Shown: positions 1 through 23,389 of the stretch, one piece after another
How positions within the stretch are numbered: position 1 is the first letter of the stretch
Layout: every line of letters starts with the position of its first letter
Source: Eledone cirrhosa
Lineage: Eukaryota
Length of the DNA stretch: 64,000 nt
Direction of reading: 5' to 3'
Assembly: GCA_964016885.1 (NCBI GenBank)
Contig: OZ024740.1
Span: 326,802,001 to 326,866,000, forward strand
Translations under genes and position numbers: made by a program
The notes under the pieces: model-generated
Told to the model about the DNA's origin: nothing
Database searches by the model: none
What the model saw: the letters and a program-made list of their open reading frames with translations, nothing else

Positions 1-1333
<1,333 letters not shown>

Positions 1334-1402
1334 ATATATATATATATAATATATATATATAATATATATATATAATATATATATATAATATATATATATA
1401 AT

Positions 1403-1519
<117 letters not shown>

Positions 1520-1623
1520 GAGACGTATAGAGATTGTTTTAGCAAGAAGCTAACGGCATTCTATAACATATATGCGACTATAATATATATGCGACTATAA
1601 CATATATGCGACTATATATATAT

Positions 1624-2321
1624 ATAATAGAATAATCGAGTATCGGAAAATCAGCTCACGAATTAACGATAAACAAATCCGACATCAGTGGCAGAGGGCT
1701 CAATAATTCAGATAAATAAGAGCTATAACTATCGTTAAAATACAAACAGACAAAGATTATGCCTAAAATCACCCATGCAGCCGAAAAAGAACGACCAGGA
1801 AGATTCGGGTCACTCAAATAAAATATCAATAAATCAATAATTTATATGAATGTAAAAAGCTTACCCGGACCCACTAGAAAGGTGGTAAATCTAGCTTCTT
1901 GGGTTTCTGAAATTCCTTAATCCGTTCTCTATCAGCCCACATAAAAATATATAAGACTTCTAGGGAACGAATGGACCGGAAAAACTTTATCAACGGGTTA
2001 CGTCCAACGAATAAAGAGGTTACCTTTAGCTAGAACGCCACATGGTGTCCAGCAAGGGAGATAACCTCTATATTAGCGAAAAATTATCGGTAATGTGGAA
2101 AACACATATCGAATCAGAGTGCTCGATAGACATGTTAAAATAAACAGGAGCTATTCATCATTCAATAGAATCGACAAAAAAATGAACAATAAAATTAACT
2201 GGTCAATAGCTATGTCTAGAGCTAAATATAATAGAATAATCGAGTATCGGAAAATCAGCTCACGAATTAACGATAAACAAATCCGACATGAGTGGCAGAG
2301 GGCTCAATAATTCAGATAAAT
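1624..2321 (-). mobile_element. ORF-less HHR-bearing element (family C), 604-bp unit with ~94-bp terminal direct repeat
   Basis: 1624-1717 repeated at 2228-2321; within TA-rich flanks. Confidence 0.7.
1863..1998 (-). ncRNA. Type I hammerhead ribozyme, U3-A8 core, long stems II and III
   Basis: Minus strand: ACCCG-TTGATAA-[~80 nt]-GAAA-CCCA..CTAGA..TCTAG-TGGG-TC-CGGGT. Confidence 0.6.
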
Positions 2322-4135
<1,814 letters not shown>

Positions 4136-4399
4136 CATAACGTCTCCGAACATTCGTGTATTTACATGTAGGTATGTGTGTGCGCTTTTTATATACGTAT
4201 TTATTTATTTTTATACGTTTATATAATTATTTATTTATTTGTATACACGCATACACACACACACATATTTATATGTGCGTGGTTTTGTATACCGATGGTA
4301 AGTGTTCTGTGTATGCTTGTGTATGTACGTACTTGTTTGCGTGTATGTATTTATTTATTTCTATTACTTCTGTATTGTATTTATTTACTTTGTTCTTAA

Positions 4400-4773
4400 C
4401 TCTGTAGCGGAGATTCATTCGGTCTCCTAGTTAGAATTTTAGTCTACGACCTCTGCTATACCATTTACGTAGTTTTGTCTTTGCGTGCTATTGTTCTCCA
4501 CGGTCCACATATGACGTATTATCTTCGTTTGTTTCGTTCATTGCCAGAGAACGTCTCTATGAACCACCTAAGAGAACATTAGTCTACGACCTCTTTTATA
4601 CCATAAACGTGGTTCTGTCTTTGCGCGTAATTGTTTTTCACAGCTCCTATTAATGACGTATTATATTCGTTTTTTTCCGTTCTTTGCCAGCGAACGTTTC
4701 CACGAACCTAAGTATCGTCTTCCTGTCTTCCTCCGGTTGCAACGTTTTTTGAAATATCCACTTCTGCGTTTAC
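4400..4773 (+). mobile_element. 3' UTR fragment of a PLE related to the 10784-12670 element, with ~140-bp tandem duplication
   Basis: 4689-4773 matches 12414-12498; 4439-4565 is duplicated at 4579-4708. Confidence 0.7.
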
Positions 4774-5310
4774 AATTGTTTCTTCCAAACCGAGGTTTCG
4801 AGTCTTCGGAGCAATTATTCAGTGATTTTTAACATACTTGACCACCTTTTCAACACAAGAGACATATAGAAACATATGTATATATTGACCCACAGTGGGT
4901 TGACATCCATTATAATAAATGTATGTAAATTACCATGCTATATTATTATTATTATTATAATGGATGTCAACCCACTGTGGGTCAATATATACATATGTTT
5001 CTATATGTCTCTTGTGTTGAAAAGGAGGTCAAGTATGTTAAAAATAACTGAATAATTGCTCCGAAGACTCCAAACCTTGGTTTGGAAGAAACAATTGTAA
5101 TCAGATAAATGATTTAAACAGAACTTTGTTTCATGTAATCTCTATATAACTGCTCTGTAAAACAACTGATGTTGTTACATTGAGCTATTTATCTTACTGG
5201 TAATAATATAGTAATAAATTACTATCTTTCACTATTTAGGGTATAATATATATATAACTATAAAAGGTTTTAGTATATACATAACCATAAATAGTATCCT
5301 TAATTACTAT
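4770..5310 (+). mobile_element. Fold-back PLE-type pLTR fragment (arms 4770-4918 and 4951-5100) with HHR-like motif
   Basis: ~150-bp inverted repeat; CCGAAGA-C-TCCAAAC/GTTTGGA-A-GAAA-CAATTG-TA at 5061-5099; stem I imperfect. Confidence 0.6.
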
Positions 5311-5317
5311 ATATATA

Positions 5318-5370
<53 letters not shown>

Positions 5371-5375
5371 TATAT

Positions 5376-5533
<158 letters not shown>

Positions 5534-5537
5534 TATT

Positions 5538-5608
<71 letters not shown>

Positions 5609-5638
5609 TTTTATATATATTATATATATATATATTTA

Positions 5639-5683
<45 letters not shown>

Positions 5684-5699
5684 TTTATATATATATTTA

Positions 5700-5747
<48 letters not shown>

Positions 5748-5769
5748 TATATATATATTATATATATAT

Positions 5770-5885
<116 letters not shown>

Positions 5886-5939
5886 TAAAATAATAATGAA
5901 TAAAACAATGAAACAGTTCCTTATATTAAACAAAAAAAG

Positions 5940-6082
5940 TTCATTATTTAACGATCGTTTCTAGGACATATATGTGTTAGAATTGGCATGCATATTCAAA
6001 AGATCTATGTACAAAATTATACAAACTATCAAAGAGAATATACATTCCATCACATATATATGCTGTCTTCAGAAATAATGAA
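5940..6082 (-). ncRNA. Hammerhead ribozyme, family A (inverted pLTR copy)
   Basis: Reverse complement of 9029-9171. Confidence 0.7.
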
Positions 6083-6143
6083 GTATATTTATTGATAATA
6101 ACAACAATTTAAAATTACAGGTCTGTTTGGGAACAGATTTTAA

Positions 6144-6572
6144 GGTTGTAACTGTAGAAACAAAGCAAACTGCCCATTAAAAGGAAATTGTCTTGTTAAC
6201 AACATAGTTTATAAATGTAAAGTTAAAACTAAAGATTCTATTTGCTCATATATAGGAGCTACTTCTAACAATTTTAAGGTAAGGTTTAATACCCACAAAC
6301 ATAGTTTTAAAAATGCCGCACTGGCTAATACAACATCTCTAGCAGAAAAAATTAATAGTTATAGAAATAAGAATATAGAATATGATATGACCTGGAGTGT
6401 GCTCAAAAGAGCCACCCCTTATCAAAATAATAGAAATGAATGTAGATTGTGTTCCCAAGAACTATTTGAAATAATGAAATCTAAGGATATCCTATTAAAT
6501 AAGCAACAGGAATTAATTATATCGTGTAATCATAAACTGAGAAAAACATTTAAATATTATAAACCTAATTAA
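6144..6572 (+). pseudogene. C-terminal GIY-YIG endonuclease of a PLE (5'-truncated, no start codon)
   Basis: GCNCRNKANCPLKGNCLVNNIVYKCKV..YIGATSNNFKVRFNTHKHSF..CRLCSQE..LLNK..SCNH; in frame with ORF 6387..6572. Confidence 0.88.
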
Positions 6573-7450
6573 TAATATATATTTTAGAAATTAATATATA
6601 AATTAATTTAAATGTAGTTAACCTATAATTTTAATTTAATTAAAATTCTACTACAGATGAAATTAAAAAATATCGTGTAATCATAAACTGTGAAAAACTT
6701 TTAAATATTATTAACATAATTAATATATACTTGGAAATTAATATATAGATTAATTTTAGTTTATGTAACCTTTTATTAAAATTCCTTTACAGATGAAATA
6801 TAACAAAATATCGTGTAATCAATAACAGAGAAATACTTTTTAATATTATAAACCTAATTAATATACAATTTAGAAATTAATTTATAAATTAATTTTAATT
6901 TAGTTAACCTATAATTTTAATTTAGTTAGCTTAAAATTAAAATTCTAATACAGATGGATTGCAGAATATCATGTAATCATAAACTGAGAAAAACTTTTAA
7001 ATATATACCTAATTAATATATTCTTTACAAATAAATATATAGATTAATTTTAATTTAGTTAACCTATAATTATATTCTACTATAGATAAAATACAAAATT
7101 TTGCTTTAATTATTATAAACCTAATTAACATATACTATAGAAATTAATATATAATTTTTAATTTAGTTAACCTATAATTAATATTCTACTACCGATGAAA
7201 TACTTGATTTGGCTTTCCTTATTGCAAAATTCATTTCCTAAAATTGATACCCTCATGTTAATATTTTTAATTTAGTTATGTTATAATTAATACTCTACTA
7301 CTGTTTAACTTCAAAATTCCGCTTTAAATATTATAAACCTAAGTAGTATACACCTTAGAAATTAATATATTAACTATTTTTACTTTATTTAACCTATAAT
7401 TAATAGTCTACTTATATTAAAATGCATAATTTAGCCTTCTTTCTTACAAA
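6520..7450 (+). repeat. Degenerate ~140-160 bp tandem repeats in the PLE 3' UTR
   Basis: atcgtgtaatcataaactg..aaacctaattaa..agttaacctataatt recurs at ~6521, 6672, 6810, 6968 and decays further on. Confidence 0.8.
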
Positions 7451-7699
7451 TACCATTTCCTAATACTGACACTACTATGTAAACACATATTATGATTTAA
7501 ATGCAGATTAATATTCTATGTTCCTTGAAACCTATATTTACTATTTCCCACTAATAATTTTAATCCCCTCCCCCCCCCCATAATTATTCGTATTTGTAAG
7601 CGTGGATGTATGTATGTGTATGTAAGTATGTATGTATGTTTGTGTGTTTGTATGTGAGTATAAAAATACATATGTGCGCATGTAAATAAGTGTGTATGA

Positions 7700-7755
<56 letters not shown>

Positions 7756-8074
7756 ATGTATGTATGTGTATGTATATGTATTTGTAGAGATGTGTGTATG
7801 TATGTGTATATATGTGCATAATTGTCTGACTGTGTGTATTTATTTATTTATTTATATATATATGTATATATATATATATATGTGTATATATATATATATA
7901 TGTGTATATATATATATGTGTGTGTGTATGTATGACTCTATATTTACGTATGTCTGAGTGTGTGTGAGTGAGTGGTTATGTGTATATATACATGGGTATG
8001 TGTGTGTATGTATATATACGTATATGTATGTGTGTGTATGTATATATATGTGTGTATATGTATGTGTGTATATA

Positions 8075-8117
<43 letters not shown>

Positions 8118-8191
8118 ATGTATGTGTGTATGTGTGTGTACATATATGTATATATGTGTGTTGTGCGTATGTGTATATATATATATATGTA

Positions 8192-8247
<56 letters not shown>

Positions 8248-8638
8248 TGTATTTATATGTATAAGTATATGTTTTACTTGGTTTTATGTATATGCATACA
8301 AACAGGTTAATATGCGTGAGGTTAAGTATGTGTATGTGTGTGTGTGTACGTATGTATGTATCGAACGTATGGATGTGTAAATGTGCGTATGTATATAAGC
8401 ATGTATATTTTATGTCTCTCTTTTATGTTTTTTTATGTTTTTATTATATTTATTTTATTATATTTCTTTTTATTTCTAAATTTATAGATACATTTTTATA
8501 AATATGCTGAGTCTGACACCCTCCTTAATTACTTACTCCCTTACCTCCTTTTTATTCTGCATCTAGATGTAAGTGTGTGTGGCCGTGTTTATGTGTGCGC
8601 CTCAATATCCATATAGTTATAATAATAATATATACGTA

Positions 8639-8669
<31 letters not shown>

Positions 8670-9028
8670 GTGTTCGTAGGTATGTGTGTGTTTATGTATA
8701 TATGCGTGTGTGTGTATGAATGTATGTATATGTGTGTATATATGTGTGTATATATATATATATATGTAAATGTATGTATGTTTTGTCTGTGGATTATAAA
8801 CATACAGAGACATTAGCCCTGAATTTTTATATTTACATACACTTTTTCGACATGCGTATGCATGTGAACATACATTTTTATGCATATCTGTGAACGAAGT
8901 TACTTGCATATATACACACACCTAACTGTATTTTCTTGATGAATTTTTATGTATTTCATTGGTCTATTTAAAATCTGTTCCCAAACAGACCTGTAATTTT
9001 GAATTGTTGTTATTATCAATAAATATAC

Positions 9029-9171
9029 TTCATTATTTCTGAAGACAGCATATATATGTGATGGTATGTATATTCTCTTTGATAGTTTGTATAATTTTGT
9101 ACATAGATCTTTTGAATATGCATGCCAATTCTAACACCTATATGTCCTAGAAACGATCGTTAAATAATGAA
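9029..9171 (+). ncRNA. Hammerhead ribozyme, family A (3' pLTR)
   Basis: TTCATTATTT-CTGAAGA-...-GAAA-CGATCG-TT-AAATAATGAA. Confidence 0.75.
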
Positions 9172-9365
9172 CTTTTTTTGTTTAATATAAGGAACTGTTT
9201 CATTGTTTTATTCATTATTTTTTTAATATTTTATCTTGACCCTGTATTCCGTTTATCTTTCACCGAAAGTGATTTTTGAATGCATCTCTTCTTTCCATGA
9301 TATCCGGATTACATTGAGTTCTTCATACGGATTGGACACTACCGTAAACTTTTGGTAGATTTATC

Positions 9366-9422
<57 letters not shown>

Positions 9423-9429
<7 letters not shown>

Positions 9430-10631
9430 AATGAATAATAACAGGTAGACATCATAAAAAAGGTAATTTTTTCCGTGTGCTTACAAGTGTTTCCACGGTG
9501 GTACTGCAGCCTAGTTATGCTACGTGCAAATTCACAAGTACTTGCAGAACTCAAATATCCAATGCTGTGACCACTGTTTCCTCAGAGCAGAATGGTAAAA
9601 TGTACAATGTAAATACCCTTAAGTGGGGTTGTTGGGGAAGATAGAGTAGAAAAGGAAGAGAGAAAAGTAGGGAAGAGGGAGAGAGAAAGAAAGATATGCA
9701 GGGGTTGGAGAAGTAGGAGAGAGTCGCCTAAAATTAAAATCCAAAAACAAACTACTTAACGATAGAATAGAACGATCATTATACTGCAACCACAAACTAA
9801 AAGCTAAATTCTCTCACTATAAAATAACTTAACATTCGAACCCGTAACTATAACACTGCTTTCTAGCTAACAACCTTCTCTTCCCCCCACACTACAAGAC
9901 AATACACTGCTTATCACTATACATGGTAACTCAGTGCAATTCCTAGATTACTACTACAAACCCAAAGTTCACTCACCACACAAACTTCGTGTGCCCCCTC
10001 TCTACCTATCTCTCTCTACATCCATTACACTCTCTCTCTCTCGCCTTTGGCCTACCTCCCTCTCAACATCTATGAACCTTCTCTCTGGTGCAATAAATAA
10101 TTCCGACCTTAACTATCAACGCATCTCTCCAAAAGTAACCAGTATAATAAAACCCCTACCATAACATTTTGATTAAGATATCTACAAGCCACTCTCTCCT
10201 ACTTCTCCAACCCCTGCATATCTTTCTTTCTCTCTCCCTCTTCCCTACTTTTCTCTCTTCCTTTTCTACTCTATCTTCCCCAATAACCCCACTTAAGGGT
10301 ATTTACATTGTACATTTTACCATTCTGCTCTGAGGAAACAGTGGTCACAGCATTGGATATTTGAGTTCTGCAAGTACTTGTGAATTTGCACGTAGCATAA
10401 CTAGGCTGCAATACCACCGTGGAAACACTTGTAAGCACACGGAATAAATTACCTTTTTTATGATGTCTACCTGTTATTATTCATTCTTTATATACACTCC
10501 GGAATACTGAAGGATCAGGAACTAAGTTTCTTCAACAATTCTTCCATAACTAGTAGAGTAACCTCTTACCGTACGTCAACCATATCCAGTGTAGTAATTA
10601 ACCATTACTACATCTTGGATAATCCTATACC

Positions 10632-10635
<4 letters not shown>
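9423..10635 (+). mobile_element. Non-coding PLE-type insertion with ~300-bp inverted arms (family D)
   Basis: 9423-9724 is the reverse complement of 10191-10493; extra 3' tail to 10635; (TA)n flanks. Confidence 0.8.
10326..10437 (+). ncRNA. Type I hammerhead ribozyme with branched long stem II (family D); inverted copy at 9478-9589
   Basis: TGCT-CTGAGGA-aacaGTGGT..ACCACcgtg-GAAA-CACTTG-TA-AGCA. Confidence 0.65.
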
Positions 10636-10663
<28 letters not shown>

Positions 10664-10698
10664 TATATTATATTATATTATATTATATTATATTATAT

Positions 10699-10775
<77 letters not shown>

Positions 10776-11040
10776 TATATTAATTTATTAAAATAACAGA
10801 TTAAAGTTTAAGCAAAGAATCGCTGCTTTCACCCTTAACGGGATCTTCTGAAACTAACAAAGTCAATCTGTAAACGCAGAAGTGGATATTTCAAAAAACG
10901 TTGCAACCGGAGGAAGCCAGGAAGACGATACATTGGTTCGTGGAATCGTTCGCTATGCAAATAAGTAATGGTATAAACAAAACATATACTTAGCTCCCAC
11001 ATCAAGACGTAAAATATCCACGTATAGATCGTACTATCCG

Positions 11041-12388
11041 TTAGGGTATAACGTGGGGCTGTAATACAGGAAAGTTTTGTGCAATTTATGTTTACAAGCC
11101 GAAATTGCCTCAGATTTTTTGTTTAAGATGTGGTCTGTGGCGTAGAGTATTTCCAGGCCTCAGCGGCGCAGAGGTCACATGGTCTTTTATTTCCGTTATA
11201 CGATCTAGCCCTAGCTAGGATCTCCCAGTGTAACTTATATTGGGTGTGGTTGTCTTTTAGACCCCAGATATAAGCTGAAAGTGACGTCATATTCCTTCTT
11301 AGAGGGTAACGAAAGGAATGGGTATGCATGTAAAGACGCTGCTTGAATCTATTGGCGGTTAACCCTATGTAGGCCCTACGAGATGTGGGTGTTACAACCT
11401 TACATTTGTAGACAATGTTACTAGAGAGGCATTTCCCGGATAGGGGGCAATCAATCCGATTCCTACAATTACAGTTAGTACTAACTACAGGGTTGCATGT
11501 GTTCCTACGGCCAGGTAGTTTAGCTAAATTTGAAGCTGTGATGTTATGTGCAAGGTTAGGAGTCGTAGAGTAAGACATTTTAATAGTATTTCTATTAAAA
11601 ATTTTACTATATTTATGTGTAGGGGGAAAATGCTTCGTAATAAGGGAAAGAAAGATCTTAGCTAATGGTGTGGCCACCTCCATATTATATGGTGGGTTAT
11701 ACCAACAAATGCGACGGGATCTATTTCTTCTAGGTCTATTTTCGTACTCTGTATAGGCTACCTTATCCACTTCGAGCAAGAGCTTCATTGTAATAAGTGG
11801 AATGGTCGTTGAAAATACGCTCGTTGGTGGAAAGACGGGAAAGCCTCAACGAAACGTTTCTTACCAGGTTCTTGGTTATGCTGGCAGGATGGTTGGAATG
11901 CTTACTTATGTAATTAAGCGAATCATTCGCCTTTCTATACGGGTAATACAACCCATTCAATAAATTGAGGGTAACGTCGAGGTAATTAACGGCCGAGAGT
12001 TGGCCTCAACCTGTATAGAGAGGTTGAAGCCTTTAAAGAAGGCTGTGAGTTCTTTTCTGAACCTGTCGCAAGCACGAGGTCCGCACTTAGTCATGGTCAA
12101 AAGACCATCGTCACGGTACAAACCACCACCCGCGTTGGGGAATTCGTCCTTGATAGAGAAAAGAAGGAAAAGGCCGATAAGATCAGTAACCTCCGAGGAA
12201 TCACTGGCGCCCATACTCACGTCGAATGGGGTACTATTGGATTTTTTAATCCAAATAGAGTCGTCGAAATTAATCACCGACTTTCGGGCATTGAGGATGA
12301 CATCAACTTCGAACTCCTTAACCACTGTGAGTGTTTTAGCGAAATTGATAGCTCTAAGGAGAAGTGGTAAAGTGATGGAGGAGTAGTA
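11041..12388 (-). pseudogene. PLE reverse transcriptase + GIY-YIG endonuclease, frameshifted
   Basis: ORFs 11957-12466, 11763-11960 and 11123-11788 join up: YYSSIT, FDVSMGASDSSEVTDLIG, GLYRDDGL, SNHP, WYNPPY, CNCRNRIDCPLSGKC, IVYKC..YIGLT; tail LNKKSEAISACKH ends at stop 11041. Confidence 0.92.
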
Positions 12389-12511
12389 GTTTATACCATT
12401 ACTTATTTGCATAGCGAACGTTTCCACGAACCAAAGTATCGTCTTCCTGTCTTCCTCCGGTTGCAACGTTTTTTGAAATATCCACTTCTGCGTTTACAGA
12501 TTGACTTTGTT

Positions 12512-12562
12512 AGTTTCAGAAGATCCCGTTAAGGGTGAAAGCAGCGATTCTTTGCTTAAACT
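12512..12562 (+). ncRNA. Hammerhead-like ribozyme with CAGAAGA (U4A) core; copies at 10805-10855 (-), 47860-47910 (-), partial at 24235-24280 (+)
   Basis: AGTTT-CAGAAGA-T-CCC-GTTAA-GGG-T-GAAA-GCA..TGC-TT-AAACT. Confidence 0.65.
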
Positions 12563-12821
12563 TTAATCTGTTATTTTAATAAATATTTGCTCTACGGTTC
12601 TTATAAATTTGATATATATTTATCTTTATCGAGCCCTCTTTGGATTTTAGTCTTCAAATTTATTATTATTACTATTATTATATTATATTATATATATATA
12701 TATATATATATTGGTAAACGGAATAGAAAATGTGGACAAATTGTTCACAGTGAAAAATAGTTTAATTAGGAATAAGTGAGAATTAGTAATAGTATTGGTT
12801 AGTATTCAGTTTTGGTTCTTA

Positions 12822-12859
12822 GTTTTACCGGTTGCGCATTTCTAATGCTTTTCAAAAAC
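12822..12859 (-). ncRNA. Minimal hammerhead, U3-A8 core, GAAA mutated to GCAA in this copy
   Basis: Minus strand: GTTT-TTGAAAA-GCAT-TAGAA-ATGC-GCAA-CCGG-TA-AAAC; same layout as the intact motif at 57288-57325. Confidence 0.6.
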
Positions 12860-13216
12860 AATTTTAAGATAGAGCGTCCGTGATGTTTGCTCTGATCTGA
12901 TGAGTTTTGGGAATTCTACCTGTTTTTATGTTAAAAAAGTGGCTCCAGCGGTATTAAAATAAGTTTTGCGCCAATTCGTGTTGCAAAAATTCTTGTGGTC
13001 AAAACAATTTTGATTGGTCGGTAGAGGTCATGTGAATGTAAAAAATTGATTTTGCGCCAGATGTAGGTCTGTATCGGCTGACTGAGAAATAAGTCTTTCA
13101 CAACAAATATATGTGTGTGTGTGTGTAGTAGTAGTAAAGAGGTTCGTTGTTGTGATAATGGTCAGCAGGGATGTGTGCGAACCGCAGTCTGTTGACAGTT
13201 CAAATGCCTATTAAGA

Positions 13217-13255
<39 letters not shown>

Positions 13256-13362
13256 CAGAGTAATTCGTGGTAGAGGGATGGTCAGTAGGAATGTGTCTGT
13301 AAGTGTGTGGGGGATATTTTAACATGTTAAAAGATATTTTTCAGCTCTTGTCTTATACGGAG

Positions 13363-13438
<76 letters not shown>

Positions 13439-13475
13439 CTCTTTGTATGTTAATGTACGCGTGTGTATGTGTGTG

Positions 13476-13507
<32 letters not shown>

Positions 13508-13654
13508 GGTGGACCAGTATTTTTTTCTGGTAAAATGGTTTACATTATTTGATATTTTCAGTAAAATCGATTCTCTTAATAGAACATCAAAAACCTTAAT
13601 AATAAAAGGTGTGAAATGATATATAGTATTGGCATAATACCAAGGTGTATGTGA

Positions 13655-13930
13655 GAGAGTGTCCCGATTGTACGTACTGCAAGGGTGATCCATTAGGCCT
13701 TGCCGTATTGGAATACCTGTGCACAAATATGTATCTGGAGTGTGTCCAGAAATTGTATAACTGTGCACAAATTGTATACATGTGCACAATCTGTACACAT
13801 GTATCTGGAGTGTGTCCAGACATTGTATACCTGTGCACAAATATGTATCTGGAGTGTGTCCAGATTGTACGTACTGCAAGGGGAACTCATTAGGCCTTGC
13901 CGTATTGGAATACCTGTGCACAAATATGTA
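13655..13930. repeat. Complex tandem repeat (~198-bp unit with ~35-bp sub-repeats)
   Basis: tgtacgtactgcaaggg..aggccttgccgtattggaatacctgtgcacaaat occurs twice; gtatctggagtgtgtccaga three times. Confidence 0.85.
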
Positions 13931-14143
13931 TGTGCCCATCAGTGTGCAATGCATGTGTGCGTTTATGTATGTGTGTGTGTCGGCACGTTTATATCTATAG
14001 AGATCAAAAGGTATGCAAATTTGTGTAAATTTGTGTTGCACCATAGAACATGTGTGTTTACGTATGTCATTGTGTTTATATGTGGGTAGAGATGTATGCT
14101 GATGTAGGTATGTATGTTGACGTGTGTATGTTGTGGGTTTGTC

Positions 14144-14876
14144 TTAGGGAGAAGTGTTTAGACGGGTTCCGTATTTTTTAATAAAGTAAGATTCCTTGCT
14201 GATGCGCTGGGTGTGGGTGGCATTATCTTTAAATTTGTAGAGGGGAAAGATTCAGAAGTTGGGATGATTTTGGGTGGCACAGGTATCAATGTGTTCACTC
14301 AGTGGTATTTTCCTGTATTCCCGTATTTTCATTTGGGATCTATGGACAGTCATGCGTTGGCGCAGGCTGTTTTTGGTCTGGCCTATGTATTTTTCTCGAC
14401 AACCTGAGCAAGTTAATACATTTATTAGATTTTCTGATGCTCATGTGAAATTGTGTTTTACTATAAAACGTTGTCCTTCTTTGAAATAGAATTCCGAACA
14501 CTCTATTAGGTTGATGCAAATGCCACAGTTTGGTCTATCGCATTTTTTTACTGTGGGTTTCGTTGTTGTGGTTGGCAGTAATTTGGTATGTGTTAGGATG
14601 TTTTTCATTGACTTAGATTGTCTTTTGCTCTTTATCATATCGTGTGTTCGTAGGATTTGGTTCATTCTGTGTTCCTTTTTCAACACAGGGATGTTCTGGA
14701 GGATGGTGTCAAAGGCCTCTTTGTTGAGGGGGTTGTATGTGGAGGTGTATGGAAGAGCTTTTAGTTTCGGTTGATTTACTTTAGGGTGTCTAAGGTCCTG
14801 GGTACTGAGTTTTAGGGCACGTTGGATTCCATTGTCAATTAGTGAGGCAGGGTAGTCCCTGCCTATGAGCGTGTCT
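14144..14876 (-). pseudogene. PLE RT thumb + Zn-linker + GIY-YIG endonuclease with two in-frame TGA
   Basis: RDYPASLI..PYTSTYNP..CDRPNCGIC..FT*ASENLINVLTCSGCREKYIGQT..RQRMTVH..EH..KESYFIKKYGTRLN. Confidence 0.88.
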
Positions 14877-22704
<7,828 letters not shown>

Positions 22705-22753
22705 ATAATATATATATATAATATATATATATATATATAATATATATATATAT

Positions 22754-23389
22754 AAAAGACGTAAATAAGATAGTTATGAAAATTGACTTACTTACTAAAA
22801 TTTCACTCCAACTAATTAGTTTCTGTAAGGGGATAAATATAGTTACGTAATATAACTATAGAGAAGCCTTACGTCATCAGGGAGTCTATTCTCAGCTAAG
22901 CTTCCAGGCAATGCGGGGACACTGGGAACTTATATAAAAATAATTCAGTGGATGGAAAAAAGCGAGCGGGCCTAGATTCCAAGACATTGAAAAATTCACT
23001 GCCTACTTGTTCAAGTGGCAAATTCAAAAGAATCAATCACGTGACACTGAGGTTAATCAGCCCGGAGTGGGGGTGCTATTAAGACAGAGCCTAGCCACTA
23101 CTATCAGTCACAGTAGTAATTTCGGCAAATTTTGCTCAACAAATAATTTGGAGATAATTATAAAGAATTAATATATCTACCGACATATGTATACAGATGC
23201 ATGCCTATGCTAGCAAATATATATGTTTTGTCTTAGTAACTTTGTGGTTCTATGCAGGGGGATGCAGAACAATTATATAAAAGACGTAAATAAGAAAGTT
23301 ATGAAAATTGACTTACTTACTAAAATTTCACTCCAACTAATTAGTTTCTGTAAGGGGATAAATATAGTTACGTAATATAACTATAGAGA
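22754..23389 (-). mobile_element. Diverged family E element, 525-bp tandem unit
   Basis: 22754-22864 repeated at 23279-23389; colinear with 17113-17872 throughout. Confidence 0.85.
22805..22885 (-). ncRNA. Type I hammerhead ribozyme (family E, diverged)
   Basis: ACTCC-CTGATGA-C-GTAAGG..CCTTAC-A-GAAA-CTAATTAG-TT-GGAGT; compensatory changes relative to the 17279 copy. Confidence 0.82.

Larger units (their letters stand above)
10784..12670 (-). mobile_element. 5'-truncated Hydra-clade-like PLE with inverted pLTR
   Basis: 10784-10978 is the reverse complement of 12389-12583; RT+EN remnant lies between; (TA)n flanks. Confidence 0.9.
12712..14876 (-). mobile_element. 5'-truncated Neptune-like PLE with long repetitive 3' UTR
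   Basis: Coding remnant 14144-14876, HHR near the 3' end, (TA)n flanks. Confidence 0.8.

Noticed and set aside
11041-12388. Assignment to Naiad/Chlamys PLEs
   Set aside because: Those have an N-terminal endonuclease; here GIY-YIG is C-terminal to an RDDG RT, which fits the Hydra clade better.
13655-13930. Repeat-spacer-like pattern resembling a CRISPR array
   Set aside because: Intervening sequences are themselves repeats, the context is eukaryotic, and there are no cas genes.
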